The position numbers were made by a program, and so were the translations under genes. Shown here piece after piece: positions 1-20,213 of a stretch of DNA of 64,000 nt (position 1 is its first letter; every line of letters begins with the position of its first letter). This DNA comes from Amoebidium appalachense. Taxonomy: Eukaryota > Protista > Ichthyosporea. Location of the stretch: contig CAVNZM010000002.1 of NCBI GenBank assembly GCA_963693365.1, positions 8,467,059-8,531,058 on the forward strand. The letters run 5' to 3'. The notes under the pieces were generated by a model. The model was not told the DNA's origin. It worked only from the letters and a program-made list of their open reading frames with translations, and did no database searches.

Positions 1-389
1 GGGAGGGGGGGGGGGGGATGAGATATTTTGTAGTGTATTGAACCCCCCACAGCATGAATTTCTACCAATTAATGCGGGCTCTGTTTTGGGTGTTAACAAG
101 GTTAACAGAGAATCAAGGTCACAACATGACACTAAACTTTGGAGAAAGCCAGGATAGCAGAACATACTTTGGCTATTTTCCCTCCTATTTTAATCCTATA
201 CAGCTTGAATGGTATGACAGATTGTAAATAAGTGTCTGGTGCTTTTTGTTCTTTAGAGTCATTTTTCCTTCCATCTTTTTTTTTTTTATCCAAAGGTCTC
301 GCAGAATCGATGTATTTATATGATATTTATTTGTTTGTTTGTTTGTTTGTTTGTTTGTTTCAATGTTTCTTTTCTTTCTTTCTTTCTTT

Positions 390-430
<41 letters not shown>

Positions 431-734
431 AGAAAATCTCATGAAATAGATAGTCAATGGCTAAGTGCACGTGGCACCGTTTCATAAGCCCTCCATGTGT
501 ACAATTGCACAATACTGATTCTCAGAGATTGGTATAAGCCACCTAGAGCACTTGCAGCGGCTTGGCTGATGATGTGCACCAGAACGAATAATAAATAATA
601 AAAAGATAATATTTTCCCTTCTCTTTTCTTTCTTTTTTCTTTCTTTTTTTCCCCCTCTTCTTCTTCTTTTTTTCTTTTCGGGGTGGGTAGGTGGACGGGT
701 GGGTGTGGGGGGGTGGGGGGGTGGATGTGCGTGT

Positions 735-765
<31 letters not shown>

Positions 766-1607
766 GGATATGAACGGGGCGGTAGGAAGTTAAAAAGCGG
801 GTGATAAGAAAGGGCCTGCATGACTATTTTAAACAACCCTACGTCAAACAGATACCATCACCTTTAGTCGTTTACGTCAAACAGAAACCATCACCTATAA
901 ACGACCTCTGCATTCCAGCCAACCCTCCCCCCCTCCCCCCCCCCCCCCCCACACACACACACCCCAAAGGGCAACACACATCTGTATGGCGCACGCACAC
1001 ACAGTGTCACACACACACACACGGGCCGCGCACAGTTCTCGAGCACACATGTCCTTTACTCTCCATACAAAAGCCACCCAGCCCGCAGGTCTCTCTAAGG
1101 CCTTTGTCAGCCAATCATAATTATGCCTTTTTAGTCATCCCTAATCCTACATTTCGATCGGTTGATCAGTCCCCCTACACTTCTGTACAAAAAAACCACC
1201 ACCCACCACAATGCAAACAGATTAAAACTATTGGTTTACAGCTGCGGTAGCCAAAAACACCAATACTTTACAGTATGCTATTGGTGAAAAAAGAGTAACA
1301 TGGTCAGTGCCGAAATAATCCTAAAAAAATCTACCGTGGCCCGGTAATTGTGATATACGAATGTATCCATGTATGCATCTTACAAACTAACGTGCTGATA
1401 TCTACTCATATCAGCATTTTTGCTACTTAAGAATATTCACAATGATCATGAGATGCACGAACGCCTTTACACGCTACTCCATCCCGTACATCGTGGCAGG
1501 CCCAGACATCCAAACACAAAGAATATTCACACCGTGTTCTCGACACTAACGCTTGCTACTCACATGATATTCGCCTCGTATTTCCAGCGTATTCACACTG
1601 CGAAAAC

Positions 1608-2348
1608 CTAATTCTTCTTCTCGGCCACTGCTTCCATTATGCTCTTATCTACCACCACCCCCTCTCCCTGCACATCGGTGGGGATAAAATCATTCTTGCT
1701 CGCCTCACCGCTCTCACCGAAATTCTTCGGCTTGAACCGGTTCTGAACATAAAGGGTTAAAGGAATGCCCACGATAGCCGCCGCAGCAGAAACATAATAG
1801 AAATATTCAATATGCCCTTCGTTAAGATCATCCGTGTAGAAATCGATCATAGCAAGAGTGAGCGCGGTGGTGAAACCGTTGGAAAGAGCCCCCATCGCCA
1901 AAAGGTTAAACGCCTGCGAAATCGAGCGGGCGCGAGGGGGGGTCTGTTCGTAGGTGAAGAAATACAAGAATGGGTTAATGAACACCTCGGCAAAGCCAAT
2001 CAGCGCAAAGGGAATGAACATGGTAAACCCGCTGATGTTGCTCATCTTAACCCCTTCAGGCGCGCAGTTGGAGTCCGCCTCATTTGACAGAACTTCGGCG
2101 TTTCGGCGCACGATTTCGAGGGCGGTAGCAGAAACCATTGCCAAAACGGTTGTGATCATGCCGGCAATAAGACGCTGTGTCCCCGTGACCTTTTTGCCAC
2201 CGCGGAATTTCTCGATCATGGGCACCAGAAGATTCTCGAGCAGGGGCACAAACACAACAATGGCAAAGCAGTCTGTGGGTGGATGGGTGGGTGTGTGGAT
2301 AGGTGGGTGGGTGGGTGCTGGTGGTGGTGGTGGTTGTGAGGGAGGGAG

Positions 2349-2404
<56 letters not shown>

Positions 2405-3815
2405 AATGTGTTATCATGGATGGCCAAGTACACGATATCCTGAGGTAAGCCGCGAGGTATCCAGAGCACCTGAATTTTTGAACTTGAGCTCATTTGTCCG
2501 TAAACGATACCCAACTCAGATACTGCTTTCACGTTTTTTTTTCTTTTTTTTTTCTTTTTGTATGTGTGTGTGTGTGTGTGCATGCGTGTGTGTGCGTGTG
2601 TGTGTATGTGTCTGTGCGCATAAACATCCATGTGAGCACACACATGCGGATGCATCTTTGTGAGTACGTATGTGCTGCCGTAGAGCCTTTTTTTTTTCAA
2701 AAAAAAAGGGGGGGGGGGTTAGGGGGTGGGAAGGGGGAGAGGGGAGGGGAGGGGGGGGGGGGAGGGGGGGGAGGATGCCTGGGTGTCATACCAGCAATAT
2801 TGAAGAAGGCACCGTTGATTTGAGAGCTGCCAACACGGAGATCCACTGCAGAGAGAATGGGTCGGTCAGTCAGGGCACAAGACAGACAGTGCACATGTGC
2901 TATTGAGGGGGTGAAGAGAGCCGTGACAGAGAGAAAGGGGGGGAGAGAGGAAGGAAGCCGGGGACCCGGGGAGGGGGGGGGGAGGGGGGAGAGGCGAGGG
3001 GGAGGGGGAGAGGGAGAGATATGATATATTGCATTGCCACACAATTATCCTTGCATAGATGCTTGTGTGTGTGTAACTGGTGGTATATACGAGTAGAAGT
3101 GCTTAATGGATGAATACATGTCCTTGTTAATGTATAAAAGGGAAGAAAGCCGTGTGTGTGTGCATGGGGGAGCGGGGGGGGGGGGGGGGGGGGGGGGGGG
3201 AGGGGGGGGGAGGGGGGGAAGGGTTCCTTACTCTGACAGGCTGAGCTCTGGAACGGACCATTCATAGCGTTGTAACCGATCGAAAACGTCACATTGGCCA
3301 CAAGCAGCGTCGGCACCACATCAAGGGTAGCCTGAGCCTCAGAGAGACTCAACAAATCGTCGGGGTGATCGGGAATACCGTCCAAATAGCTGTTGCTTAT
3401 ATGGGCCACAACCAGACAAATAGATGACATCATGGCAAGTGCAAGAAGTACCCATGCGAGGCTCTTAGCCGTAGCTTTGTCCGTGACGAACGCGGACGCG
3501 ACGGCCATAACGAGAAAAGCAATGGTGGAGAACCACCCGGCAAGAGCAACTTTTCCCTTAGTTGTGCGTTTTGCACCCTCCCAAATATAGTAGATGAGCC
3601 CGCGGAGCGAGTCGCCACTTGGGTTCGTGCGAACGTATTTGGGCGTTCCAGCGAGAAAACACAAAAAGGCGAGAAACATGGCTCCGGATGCCACCATGTA
3701 TGTTGCAAAGAAGCCGTATTCCTCGGGGATGGCTGGGGGTGCACCGTTGGTGGCTAAGGTGACCATGTAGCCATAGGCAATGCCTGCACCTACGTTGATC
3801 ATCAGGTAGAAGTAG

Positions 3816-3874
<59 letters not shown>

Positions 3875-5817
3875 CGCGCGTGTGTTTGTGTGTGCATGTG
3901 GGTGTGTGGGGAGTGGGGGGCCCGTTGGACGGGTGGGGGGGGACAGAGAGGGGGAGGGGGAAGGAGAAGAGGATGGAGGGGAGAGAGAAGAGGGGGCGGG
4001 GCGGGGGAGGGGGGGGGGGGGGTAGCGGTGTGCATGTGTGTATGGATGTGTGCGGGTGAATGATTAGGGTCCGGAGGAGGAGGGGGGGGGGGGGGGGGGG
4101 AAGGAGGAGGCAGGATGGTTAGTGTGGGTATGAAGATACTTGCTCAGTAGGTATCCGTGAATGTCGGTTTGCACTAGCAAGAAACTGAAAGAGGGATGTG
4201 GACAAGGAGGAGCAGGGGGGGAAGGGGGGAGAGAAAAGATGTGCTACAGAGTACGAAGCACACACTTACAACTGTGTTGTCCGAAGAGTATGCATGCAAA
4301 AGACAGAGCGCATTGTTAGGGGGGGGTCTGGAGGATGGGAAAGAATCATCTGTAATTCGGAATGGTTGAATGGTGTCACGGCGAGGTTGCGCATGTGTGT
4401 GTATTTCTTCTTCTTCTTCTTCTTCTTCTTCCCCCCTAAATTGAAATATGGTACGTTTATTTCCACCAAAGTTAGGTATTTATTTTAGAGGAATCAATGT
4501 TACGGCGTAGGCGTGCTTGAGCTATTGGATCACTGAGTGCTAGAGTTCTGAGTACCATATGGATATATTTATAAGATGTTGTGCAGAGTGACAGATGAAG
4601 CAACTAAACAGAGCGTAGAACCGGGGGGGGGGGGGGGGGGGGGGGGAGGGGGGTCAAGCAGGCACACACCTGAAAAACTGCTCCTGCTGACGCGCCTCCT
4701 CCGGAATAGAGGTGGCGTACCTGGATATGGTGTCAGTATATTTGCTATGTTTTTAGCCCGTAAAAGACAGGCAAAGCAGAGCATGTACTCTGAAGTCTTG
4801 TGGATTGGTAGATGTGTACCTTAAGTCGTGGGTTTGTCGGGGTGCTTGTGTGTGTATGTGTGTTGTCGGGGTGCTTGTGTGTGTATGTGTGTATCGGATG
4901 GATGGCGAGCTTCACTCTGCCACATAACATCAACACCACACTGACACGCCGCATACACACAGAGGCCAAGCAAGCATGCACAGCACACACAGCAAACTTC
5001 ATGTATTACACAACATCACCTCAACTATGTAAAAAAACTGCAAAACAATGGCCTACTTACTGATCGCCGCCAAAGTTGGCAATGTTGGGCTTGATGCCTC
5101 CCGAACCAAGAGTGATGAGAGCCATGACAGAAAACAGATACAGGCCCTTGCTCATGATGGTGGGGTAGGCGGCAGTGGCAGCTAGAGCGACACCCACACA
5201 GTAGAAGAGAGAGAAGATGACGATTGTCTTGTAGCGCCCGGCCTTTGCATCTGCAAGCCATCCTCCGAAAATGGGGGTGATGTATGTGAGCACGGAGAAG
5301 GCGGCGTTGATTGCCGTGGAGGATGCGTTGGAAAAGCCAAGTTGCTGCAGATAGTTGCGCTGTGAACCTGTCAGGAAGGAGAATTGCATGGGTGAGGACT
5401 TAGATTGCACATGGGGTTAGGACCAAGGTCCCATGGCCTCCAGATAGTGTGTGTAAGGATGTTAAACGACCTGACAGTGCTTGTGAGCTTGAACACTCGA
5501 TACAACGTTCCTTGTGTCACTTTCTTTCCCGGGGGCCATCAGACTGACTGACTGCCCACCGGTACCTCTATTTATTCTCCAGTGAACCCACAATGGTCTG
5601 CATGAGCGATCGTTTTAGATCCACTCTAAAGTAACAAAGCCTCCATGCAATGGCATCGACATTTGCACAGGGGTAGCAACGTCGAAAAACGGAGAACATC
5701 ATAGAACCTTGGCTACTTGAATAAACTCTCACCTGCAAAGCTGTAGTAGCTCAGCCTCTCGCACATCTCCACCACCAGGATGAACAGGCACACAGTAAAC
5801 AGCTTGTTGCGCGCCAT
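1608..5817 (-). CDS. POT/PTR (SLC15-like) proton-dependent oligopeptide transporter, 6 exons, ~581 aa
   Basis: Exons 5817-5733, 5367-5061, 4720-4670, 3815-3232, 2845-2792 and 2272-1608 are all GT-AG and phase-consistent (1746 nt). The N-terminus has the ExxERxxYY motif (EMCERLSYY). Other family motifs are GGWLAD..GRYKTI, GSGGIKPNIANFGGDQ and FFSYFYLMINVGA, with multiple TM helices. Confidence 0.93.
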
Positions 5818-6345
5818 TTTCGCTGTCTTACAACACCCAAACGGTGTTCCAATTGCAAGTCCTGTAAGTTGCTGTAAACAGTGGGCCTGCTAACCTGGCC
5901 TCTCACCTCAAACTGCAGTGATTTTGAACGGAAAGCGACGAAACTACTGACGAGCAAGATTTGGAAGGGAACATGTATGAAGTCCAACACTGTAGCGCGT
6001 CTTGAAGTGGGCGTATATAAGCTCCCGGATCTAGTTTTTTGAAGCTGCGGTAAATGGATTTTGGGTGAGAGTAACACATGATAGATGGCCACTCGAGTTT
6101 GGTAGATTCATCACGGAAGCAGCTGATCGGGAGTCACCACACTTTCATAAGTTTAGAAGCATGGAAAATTATTTTAATACGTATGAAAAATTCTATAAAC
6201 CATTGATAAACATAATTATTAATATATTTGGTTTTGTATTTTACTATTGTTTGGGTGTATATGGCTACGAAAGTATATTAATTAAAGGTCACCAGTTCCT
6301 TGAACAACTTGACGCATAAATTCTCCAAAAATAACTATTCAATAG

Positions 6346-7301
6346 GAACTGTCTCATACACCGGCTTTAGCCGCTCAGTTGCGCCAGTCGGACGGTCAGC
6401 TGAGAGCGCGCACTGGCAGAGTTGTGGTGGGCCGGGCTGCCCGGCCTGTTCTGGCCTGAAAAATGCACGGGCCGGGCTGCCCGGCTCGGGCTGAAAAATG
6501 TTTGGGCCGGGCCAAGGCAGTTCGGGCCACAGTTCGGGCCACACCCCCCCCCCCTCTCCGTGCCCCAAGTGCATCAGTGACGTCACATTTTGTGTTGTGG
6601 GTATGGACTCCGGCGGGAGGTCGGAGGGATTTTGCGCAAACATTTTGCCCAAACACCTGCCGATATGGTATGACCCTTGAGCCCGGCCTGGGCCTACTCT
6701 TGGCCCGAAAAATCGACGGGCCCCGCCTGGCCCAAAAACCCTTGCCACACCTCCGGCGCGCAGTACTGTAGAAGTCGGCTTGAGGCTGAAATAGCGTTTT
6801 CTAAAAAAAGGGCAACGGGAGAGAAAACCCTGTCATGTTGTGAACACTGTATCCGCTTGCACTTTTTTAACAACCGTGTACAATTGTACATAATTGGGGT
6901 GTTTTGTGATCATAGTTGATAGCTCCAAGGGTCAGTCTTGTTTTCGCCTGACGCTGACGTCAATGCAACATACAGCCTAGGCACCGTGGACATTCACACG
7001 TGCAGACGAGGCGACCCCACACATACATTCGGCATATGGAAATCTTGTGGCGTGATTCTAAAAGATTGCCAACGTGAACTCACTCACATGTATATGTAGA
7101 TGTATATACATGGTGATCTTCCTAAAGCCGATTTTTTTGTGACATCTGAAAGAATTTGCGCGAGCAAATCTACTTGAAGGGCCCATCATGATTCATGAGG
7201 AGGCCCGGCATTTGCAGTTTGCGTTTGTGCAGCTTGTGCACGACGACCCGGTGCATTGCATGCGCACGCTCCAGGCCGCGGAGGCGTGCGCCCACCTCAC
7301 G
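6346..7301 (+). CDS. Possible partial multi-exon gene of unknown function (start and end not found)
   Basis: Segments 6346-6394, 6930-7073 and 7153-7301 join through AG/GT sites in one open frame (ELSHTPALAAQLRQSDGSVLFSPD...EEARHLQFAFVQLVHDDPVHCMRTLQAAEACAHLT). The last segment has GC3-rich, coding-like codons. I do not recognise a family. Confidence 0.3.
6417..6755. mobile_element. Putative non-autonomous DNA transposon (MITE, hAT-like ends)
   Basis: GC-rich island with imperfect terminal inverted repeats CAGAGTTGTGG / CCACACCTCCG (9/11) and repeated subterminal GGGCCGGGC and GAAAAAT motifs. There is no clean target-site duplication. Confidence 0.4.
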
Positions 7302-7638
7302 GTGCCATGCACGTGCACGATGGGTGCACGTGCTAAGTGTGTGGCAACACACATGGGTGGCACATGTACACAGACACAGCCCAACGGTTGCAGATGTTTT
7401 ATTAGCAAGTAAAAACGGTGTGCCTGCATTGTAAGTATAGAGGGGCTGGTATGTACGTATGCCATGTGTGGTATACATTTCGATTCAAAGCCAGTAATAG
7501 CTCTGAATGCCCTTATGCATGATATTGAATTCATGAATGGAAGTCATGACCTCAAGTGTCAAATAGTGTTACTCGGAGTGCACGTGTGTGTGTGTGCCAC
7601 GGACGTGTGTGTGTGTGCGTGTGTGCGTGTGTGCGTGT

Positions 7639-7691
<53 letters not shown>

Positions 7692-7738
7692 ATGTGTGTG
7701 TGCGTGACACTGTACGTGTGTGTGCGTGTGTAAAAAAA

Positions 7739-7807
<69 letters not shown>

Positions 7808-7815
7808 CGTGCGCG

Positions 7816-7851
<36 letters not shown>

Positions 7852-8077
7852 ATGGTGGTGGTTTTTTTTCCCCCCCATCAAGTTGTAGGGGGGGGGGGGG
7901 GTCTTACTTATACATGATACCGCACTATCAGCAAGAGGACATAGCGGTACAATGTTGTGGGTTCTGTGTTGTCTAAAGTAGAGGCACTGGTGGGATTACC
8001 TGAAATTGGGTTTTGTTTGGCACGGCCGATCACCCCCCTCCCCTCCCCCCCTCCCCAAAAAAGGGGGGACCTACACT

Positions 8078-8218
8078 GGGGGGTCCATGTGATAATAAAA
8101 GAGTGGGGGGGTCCATATAATTATAAATGAGTGGGGGATCCTTATGATTATAAAGAGTGGGGGGGACCATATGATTATAAAAGAGTGGGGGGTCCATATG
8201 ATTATGAAAAAGAGAGTG
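8078..8218. repeat. ~30-bp minisatellite, ~5 copies
   Basis: The unit GGGGGTCCATATGATTATAAAAGAGTGG repeats head to tail with small variations. Confidence 0.8.
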
Positions 8219-8307
8219 GTAAAAGCTTCCGGGGCCCATGTTGTTGCATACGAAAATTCAGGTCGAATGCCATAATAAGGCTGTGTCGATGATTTTTTCC
8301 AAACCCG

Positions 8308-8350
<43 letters not shown>

Positions 8351-8457
8351 AGGGGGGGGGGGGGGTGCAGAGCAGAAAAACATTCAAACCCCCTGGTGGC
8401 CTCTCTCTTGCTCTTGCTCTCTCTCTCTCTCCCCCCTCCCTCTCTCTTCCACCCCTC

Positions 8458-8488
<31 letters not shown>

Positions 8489-8606
8489 AAAACACACACA
8501 CACACACAACCCCCTCAGGCCTCTTCCGTACCCACCCACCCACCCACCCGGCCTCCACCGCCCATTGCCACTCCACTGTGTCACCCGAGATGGTGGGGCC
8601 GGGATA

Positions 8607-8641
<35 letters not shown>

Positions 8642-8675
8642 GTCGCCGGGAGTGGGGGTTGTGGTGGTGGTGGTG

Positions 8676-8739
<64 letters not shown>

Positions 8740-8863
8740 CTCCGAGGCTCCCTTATATGGCAGCCAATAGAAACACTGGAATAAAAAGGAAACGAATGTG
8801 TGCCTAGAGATGGTGGCCAGGGTGCGGAATCGAGCGTGGTAGATATCCTATCCCTGCACATAG

Positions 8864-8933
<70 letters not shown>

Positions 8934-9321
8934 GTGTATGTGTGTGCGTGTGCGTGTATGTGTGTGTGTGTGTGTGTGTGCGTGTGTTTGTGATGATGCA
9001 GCGAAGTGTAGCATATAAGTTGTGTGACTGTCACAGTGTGTGCCACAACCGTTACTCGGATGGGCCAGAGTCTATCAAAATCTCATCTTGGCTATCTGTT
9101 AAGATTGTACATGTCTATAAAAACTTTGTAGTTGAGTGTGTGAATGTCTCTGTAACCATTTGTACTTGTGCCCTTGTGACACAATGCTTCGCAAGCTATT
9201 CGTCGCGTGTGTGGTGAATTCACAGTGAAGTTGAGTGCAAAAACCTTACGGTGCGAGTGTATGCGCGTGCACGGACGTGCGTGCGCACCAGTGTGTGTAT
9301 GTGTGTGCGTAGGAGGGGCCG

Positions 9322-9354
<33 letters not shown>

Positions 9355-9566
9355 GGGGGGGGGAGGAGGAGCGTGGGATTGAGGCGATTGGTGCGGGAAG
9401 CTACGATTAAGTCGAGGCGGGGTTGGAAGGGGAGGGGCTGGCTCAAAGTGGGCACGCTGGTAAATAGTAGAACTCATGAGGGCTGGCCGATTAACTTACA
9501 CTGTTGTGTAAGATTTTGGGGGTCTTTACTCGCTGAGTTAAAGACCCCCACCCTACCCTCTCCTTT

Positions 9567-9606
<40 letters not shown>

Positions 9607-9781
9607 TTGGGGGGGGGGGGGGGGGGGAAGGGATAGAGAGGGAGAGAGCAAGGAAGGCCTGTATAGCCGAAGAGTTTCCGATACTAATTCATGGGCTAAG
9701 CCTCAATGTTAGCGTCATCGGATGGAACGCCTTATCGTGGCATGGCGTGAGCTCGAGAGCCATCGTGCCATAGCACTCCCC

Positions 9782-9818
<37 letters not shown>

Positions 9819-9863
9819 CCTCCCTCCCTCCCTCCCCCCCCCCCTCCCCTCCCCTCTCTCCCT

Positions 9864-9902
<39 letters not shown>

Positions 9903-10757
9903 AAGTTGACTCCCAGCCTTCCAAGGTAAAAAAAAGCCTAACTAGTACTTCGACAGGGGTGTGTGAACTAAAAGCATTGCCTCATGTCACGGATTTACAT
10001 GCTGCTGGCAGGCCATTTCAAAACCACCACTTATGGTGCACTGCGGTATATACCTACCGTAGAAAGTCCTGCGGAAAGGGCTGGGAACACACTGTTTCCA
10101 CGTGCCTACGGCTGCCTACGCGACCCACCTATTGATCATGAGAGCTGATAAATCGTTCTGGTACATCACCGGGATCCTCCCAGACCACCTTTTGAACATC
10201 ACTTACGTAAAAAGTACTGGGGCCTACGTGTTAACCTATAATAGGCTGTACATATACGTGCACACAGGTTGAACTCCATGATTAACCTTGTATATTTTAA
10301 CACTGGTGGCCCAAGTGCCGCTCCTCATTATAATTTGCTATGTGCGTATACACATTGCATGACAGAGTCAGACGTTTCCAACTGAGAACATGTACAGTTT
10401 TTTGTGGGGCCGGTACCCAAACAGAATGGCAGTGTTTGGACAGTTATTTATTTTGCTATTGAAAACGGTAAAAAAAAAAAAAAAAAAAAAAAACCGGAAA
10501 CCCTTTTCAGAGTGCACAACCTTGGCGGATGAAGCTGACTTCGAGAGTTTTTCTTTCCATTTCTTTGTTTGTCACTTCCCCCCTTTCATGTGTGTGTAAA
10601 GTTTATGGGGGGGAGAGGCCTAGGGAAGGAGGGAACTGCCAGGGAGGTGGCGAGGGGATTTGGATTATAACTTGAGTGAACTCAAGGTGGAATGGAAAGA
10701 ATTCGTTAGCTTTTTGCAATTCACGAGCCCCCGCCGGTGCTTTTTTTTTTTTTTTTT

Positions 10758-10804
<47 letters not shown>

Positions 10805-10961
10805 GGGGGGAAGGAGGGAGGGAGGGAATGGCTAATCAAGTGCTATGATGCCTTTTTTTTTTTTTTTTTGTGTAGTTGTTGGGTGGGTAGGTGGGTGGGT
10901 GGGGGGGGGGGTGGGGGTGGGGTGGGGGGGGCGTCCTAATGATGCATATGCCCAGTCGACA

Positions 10962-11004
<43 letters not shown>

Positions 11005-11024
11005 CCGCCGCCCTCTTTCTCCTA

Positions 11025-11249
11025 CAGATACCGTCCACGAATAAGAACCCCACAAAATGTGGCCGAGGGGCGGAATCCTAATTTTTTTGGAGGGTCGGGG
11101 TCGGAATTATACCATCCAGTATGATGTATTCATCCGTCCGCCAATAAGATCGCCCCAAAAACTTGCCGGGGGACAGAATCTAAAAAAAGACCGATTTTGC
11201 CGGAGGCGAAATCTTATTGGCGGGGGTTCTTATTCGCGGACGGTATCTG
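11025..11249. mobile_element. MITE, Tc1/mariner-type (225 bp)
   Basis: Terminal inverted repeats CAGATACCGTCCACGAATAAGAACCCC / GGGGTTCTTATTCGCGGACGGTATCTG have one mismatch. TA flanks both sides (11023-11024, 11250-11251). There is no coding capacity. Confidence 0.85.
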
Positions 11250-11877
11250 TACAACTGGCGGACCCGTTGCCCCTTGGGCTACCTAATATAGCAACTGTGG
11301 TTTATGGTGGACTTTATCAGGACATAATAAAACCCTGTAAAGGACTCAATGTATGTACAGCATCACAACATTGGCACACATCTACAGCTTGTTTCACTCA
11401 GTGTCCCTTCATTCTTACTCATGATGAATACTGAACGCTTTAAAGTAATGGGATGATTGCCAACGTGTGTGTACATTGATAAACTGTTCATACATTCATG
11501 CTATCTTCATTTTACACACTGTGTCCTATTTTGCTCTACAGTAGGAACATATTCCTATACTCATTACCATTCGAAAACACATTAGGTCTTTGTCGTAGAA
11601 AACAGAACACATTCGACTTTTCGATTTTTTCCTTTTTCAAACACGGCCAAATGCACCACTCCAAATCACCAAATACAAAAAACACGCGAGCGAGAAACAA
11701 ACCGATCGAAAGATTAAAAACAACATGTGATTACAGTTCTTTTTCCTCCAAGGAAGAGCACATTCAAATCTTTTTCTAACAGAAGCACCTATTCCCACCA
11801 ATCCTCCAAATCCGCCGATAAGAGAAAAGTGTATGAGAGATAAGCGGACAGAAGGAAGGAAAAGCAACCAGTGAATA

Positions 11878-17794
<5,917 letters not shown>

Positions 17795-17837
17795 GTTGGC
17801 TGTGGTTGTGTGTGTCCTTGATATCTACCTTTAGGGA

Positions 17838-17880
<43 letters not shown>

Positions 17881-17920
17881 TATAGAGTGAGGGGGTGTTG
17901 GGAACGTTTTGCGAGAGGAG

Positions 17921-17981
<61 letters not shown>

Positions 17982-18301
17982 GGGGGGGGAATAAATTATA
18001 TCAGTGTGCGTGCTGCAACAAGCAGTGAAAATCCTCGCCCAAGCCAAGTAAGAGCACGTTTACCCAGGCTGCTTGTGTATTCCTAGCACAAACATACATG
18101 TGTATACTCATAAAACGTGTGAACCGTGAACTCCCCTCTCCGTCCCGGCTTCCCCTTCCCCTTGCCCCTCCTTTTCTTTCCCTCAACAACACCACACCCA
18201 AAGTATACGGCACAACAATATCCACCCCCCCCCCCCCCCCCCCCCAAGACTGTTTCGCAAAGCACATTTCAGTGTAAAAGACAGCAACTAAACGTTGCTA
18301 A

Positions 18302-18336
<35 letters not shown>

Positions 18337-18674
18337 AGTCTCACTTCCAGCCCCCGGCTACTCCTACCCATTCAACCAGCCGAACAACATGCCAACCAAA
18401 ATGCACCCTCTTCCCCTTCCCCTTTTCCATCCCACATCGATTGTGGAAGCTTCTTGAAATTTCACAAGGTATTCTCCAATTCACACGCAAAACCTCTCTC
18501 TTCCCCTCCCCGCCCCCCTCACCCCTTACCTCTCTCTCTCTCTCTCATTGTCACTCGTACATATTCCTTTTTTTCTTCTCTCTGTTTCGCTCTCCCACCC
18601 ACACACCCACCCACCCACCCACCCATCCCCCCCCCCCCCCCCCCCCCCCACACACACACACTCTCTCTCTCTCC

Positions 18675-18705
<31 letters not shown>

Positions 18706-18706
18706 A

Positions 18707-19083
18707 TCTATTTCTGTCTGTCTGTCTCCTCCCCACCCATACATCTCCCGGCCCCCTCCCTCCCCACCTCCTTCCGCCCATCAACCCCCCATCCTCTCTC
18801 CCTCTCCTTTTCTTCATCCCTCCTCTCTCACACAAACACGCAGACACACGTGCACACCCCCTCCCCCCCCCACACACACTCTCCCTCTCTCTCCCCTCCC
18901 CCCCCCCCCCCCCCCCCCCCTCTCTATTTCTGTCTGTCTGTCTCCCCCCCACCCCCACAACTCCCGGCCCGCTCCCCCCCCCCTCTCCCCACCCACCTCC
19001 TTCCGCCCATCACCCCCCCTTTCTCTCTCCCTCTCCTTTTCTTCCTCCCTCTTCTCTCACACAAACACGCAGACACGCGTGCC
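18707..19083. repeat. Local duplication of a ~150-bp pyrimidine-rich block (period ~215-230 bp)
   Basis: TCTATTTCTGTCTGTCTGTCTCC...CCTCCTTCCGCCCATCA...TCTCTCACACAAACACGCAGACAC occurs at ~18707-18853 and again at ~18923-19083. Confidence 0.7.
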
Positions 19084-19290
19084 CACTTTAGTACTGCCAT
19101 GGCCATCCAACCCAACCCCCTCCCCCCTCCCCCGTCCCCCCCCCCCCCCCCCCCCCCCATCCCCCTCCCCATGTGTGCACACAGACATGCGTGCATGCGA
19201 CATGTGTGCATGCATAAGTACCATGATGGCAATCCCAATCCTCCTCCTCCTCCCCCCCCCCCCCCCCCCCCTCCCCCAGCCCAACATTTT

Positions 19291-19360
<70 letters not shown>

Positions 19361-19739
19361 CCTCTGGTGTCCCTTACCTGGTAGTGAATCACATTCCTTT
19401 GTCGTATCCCCACTTTCCCACCGTCACATAAACAACTCAGGATTGAATGTCCCGGGGCCCGGATCACGGCCATCTGGCCCGGATGCATACGAGTTGTTAC
19501 AGGGTTCGACAGAAACTGGAATAAGTTCAGGCCCTGGCCTGTATCTGACGTCATCGTAGCCAGGATCCCCCCCCCCCCCCCCCCCCCCCCCCCCCGTGTT
19601 CTCTGCCGTGTCCCCCCCGCCCCCCACCCCCTACCCCACCCCCACCTTCTTCTACACATGTGCGGGGCTCAGGGGGGAGTGCGGGGGGATCCGGAGGGGA
19701 GCCGGGCGGGGGGTGGGGCGGGGTGGTGGTGGTGGTGGT

Positions 19740-19787
<48 letters not shown>

Positions 19788-20164
19788 TGGGGGAGGAGGC
19801 TGGGGGAAGCCGAGCGCCATGCGCATGCCATGCGGGCCACATGTGTACACACACGTGCACGTACATACACACCGTGGACACATGTCATGTGCCGCACACA
19901 CACAAACAGTCGCAAACCACATCACGTGCACATACAGAGCAAACATCACATACACACACACACACACGTACACCCATCACACACACACACGTGGCACCCA
20001 TCACACACACACGTGCACACACTGTCACACACACACCGTGCACACCGCCACACGTACGCATGCGTGTCGCACACCGACACGGTGTACACCCACGCACACA
20101 GGCAAGAGCACGTATGTGCAACACGTACACACACACACACACACACATTATTGCACACGCAGTG

Positions 20165-20213
<49 letters not shown>

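Noticed and set aside
60-1250. Possible exons and a 33-bp-period direct repeat (840-900) at the window start
   Set aside because: There is no consistent frame or recognisable product, and the repeat has only two copies.
6065-6319. ORF with WPLEFGRF resembling the REC114 N-terminus
   Set aside because: The similarity is only a few residues, and I could not splice it in phase to downstream exons without stops.
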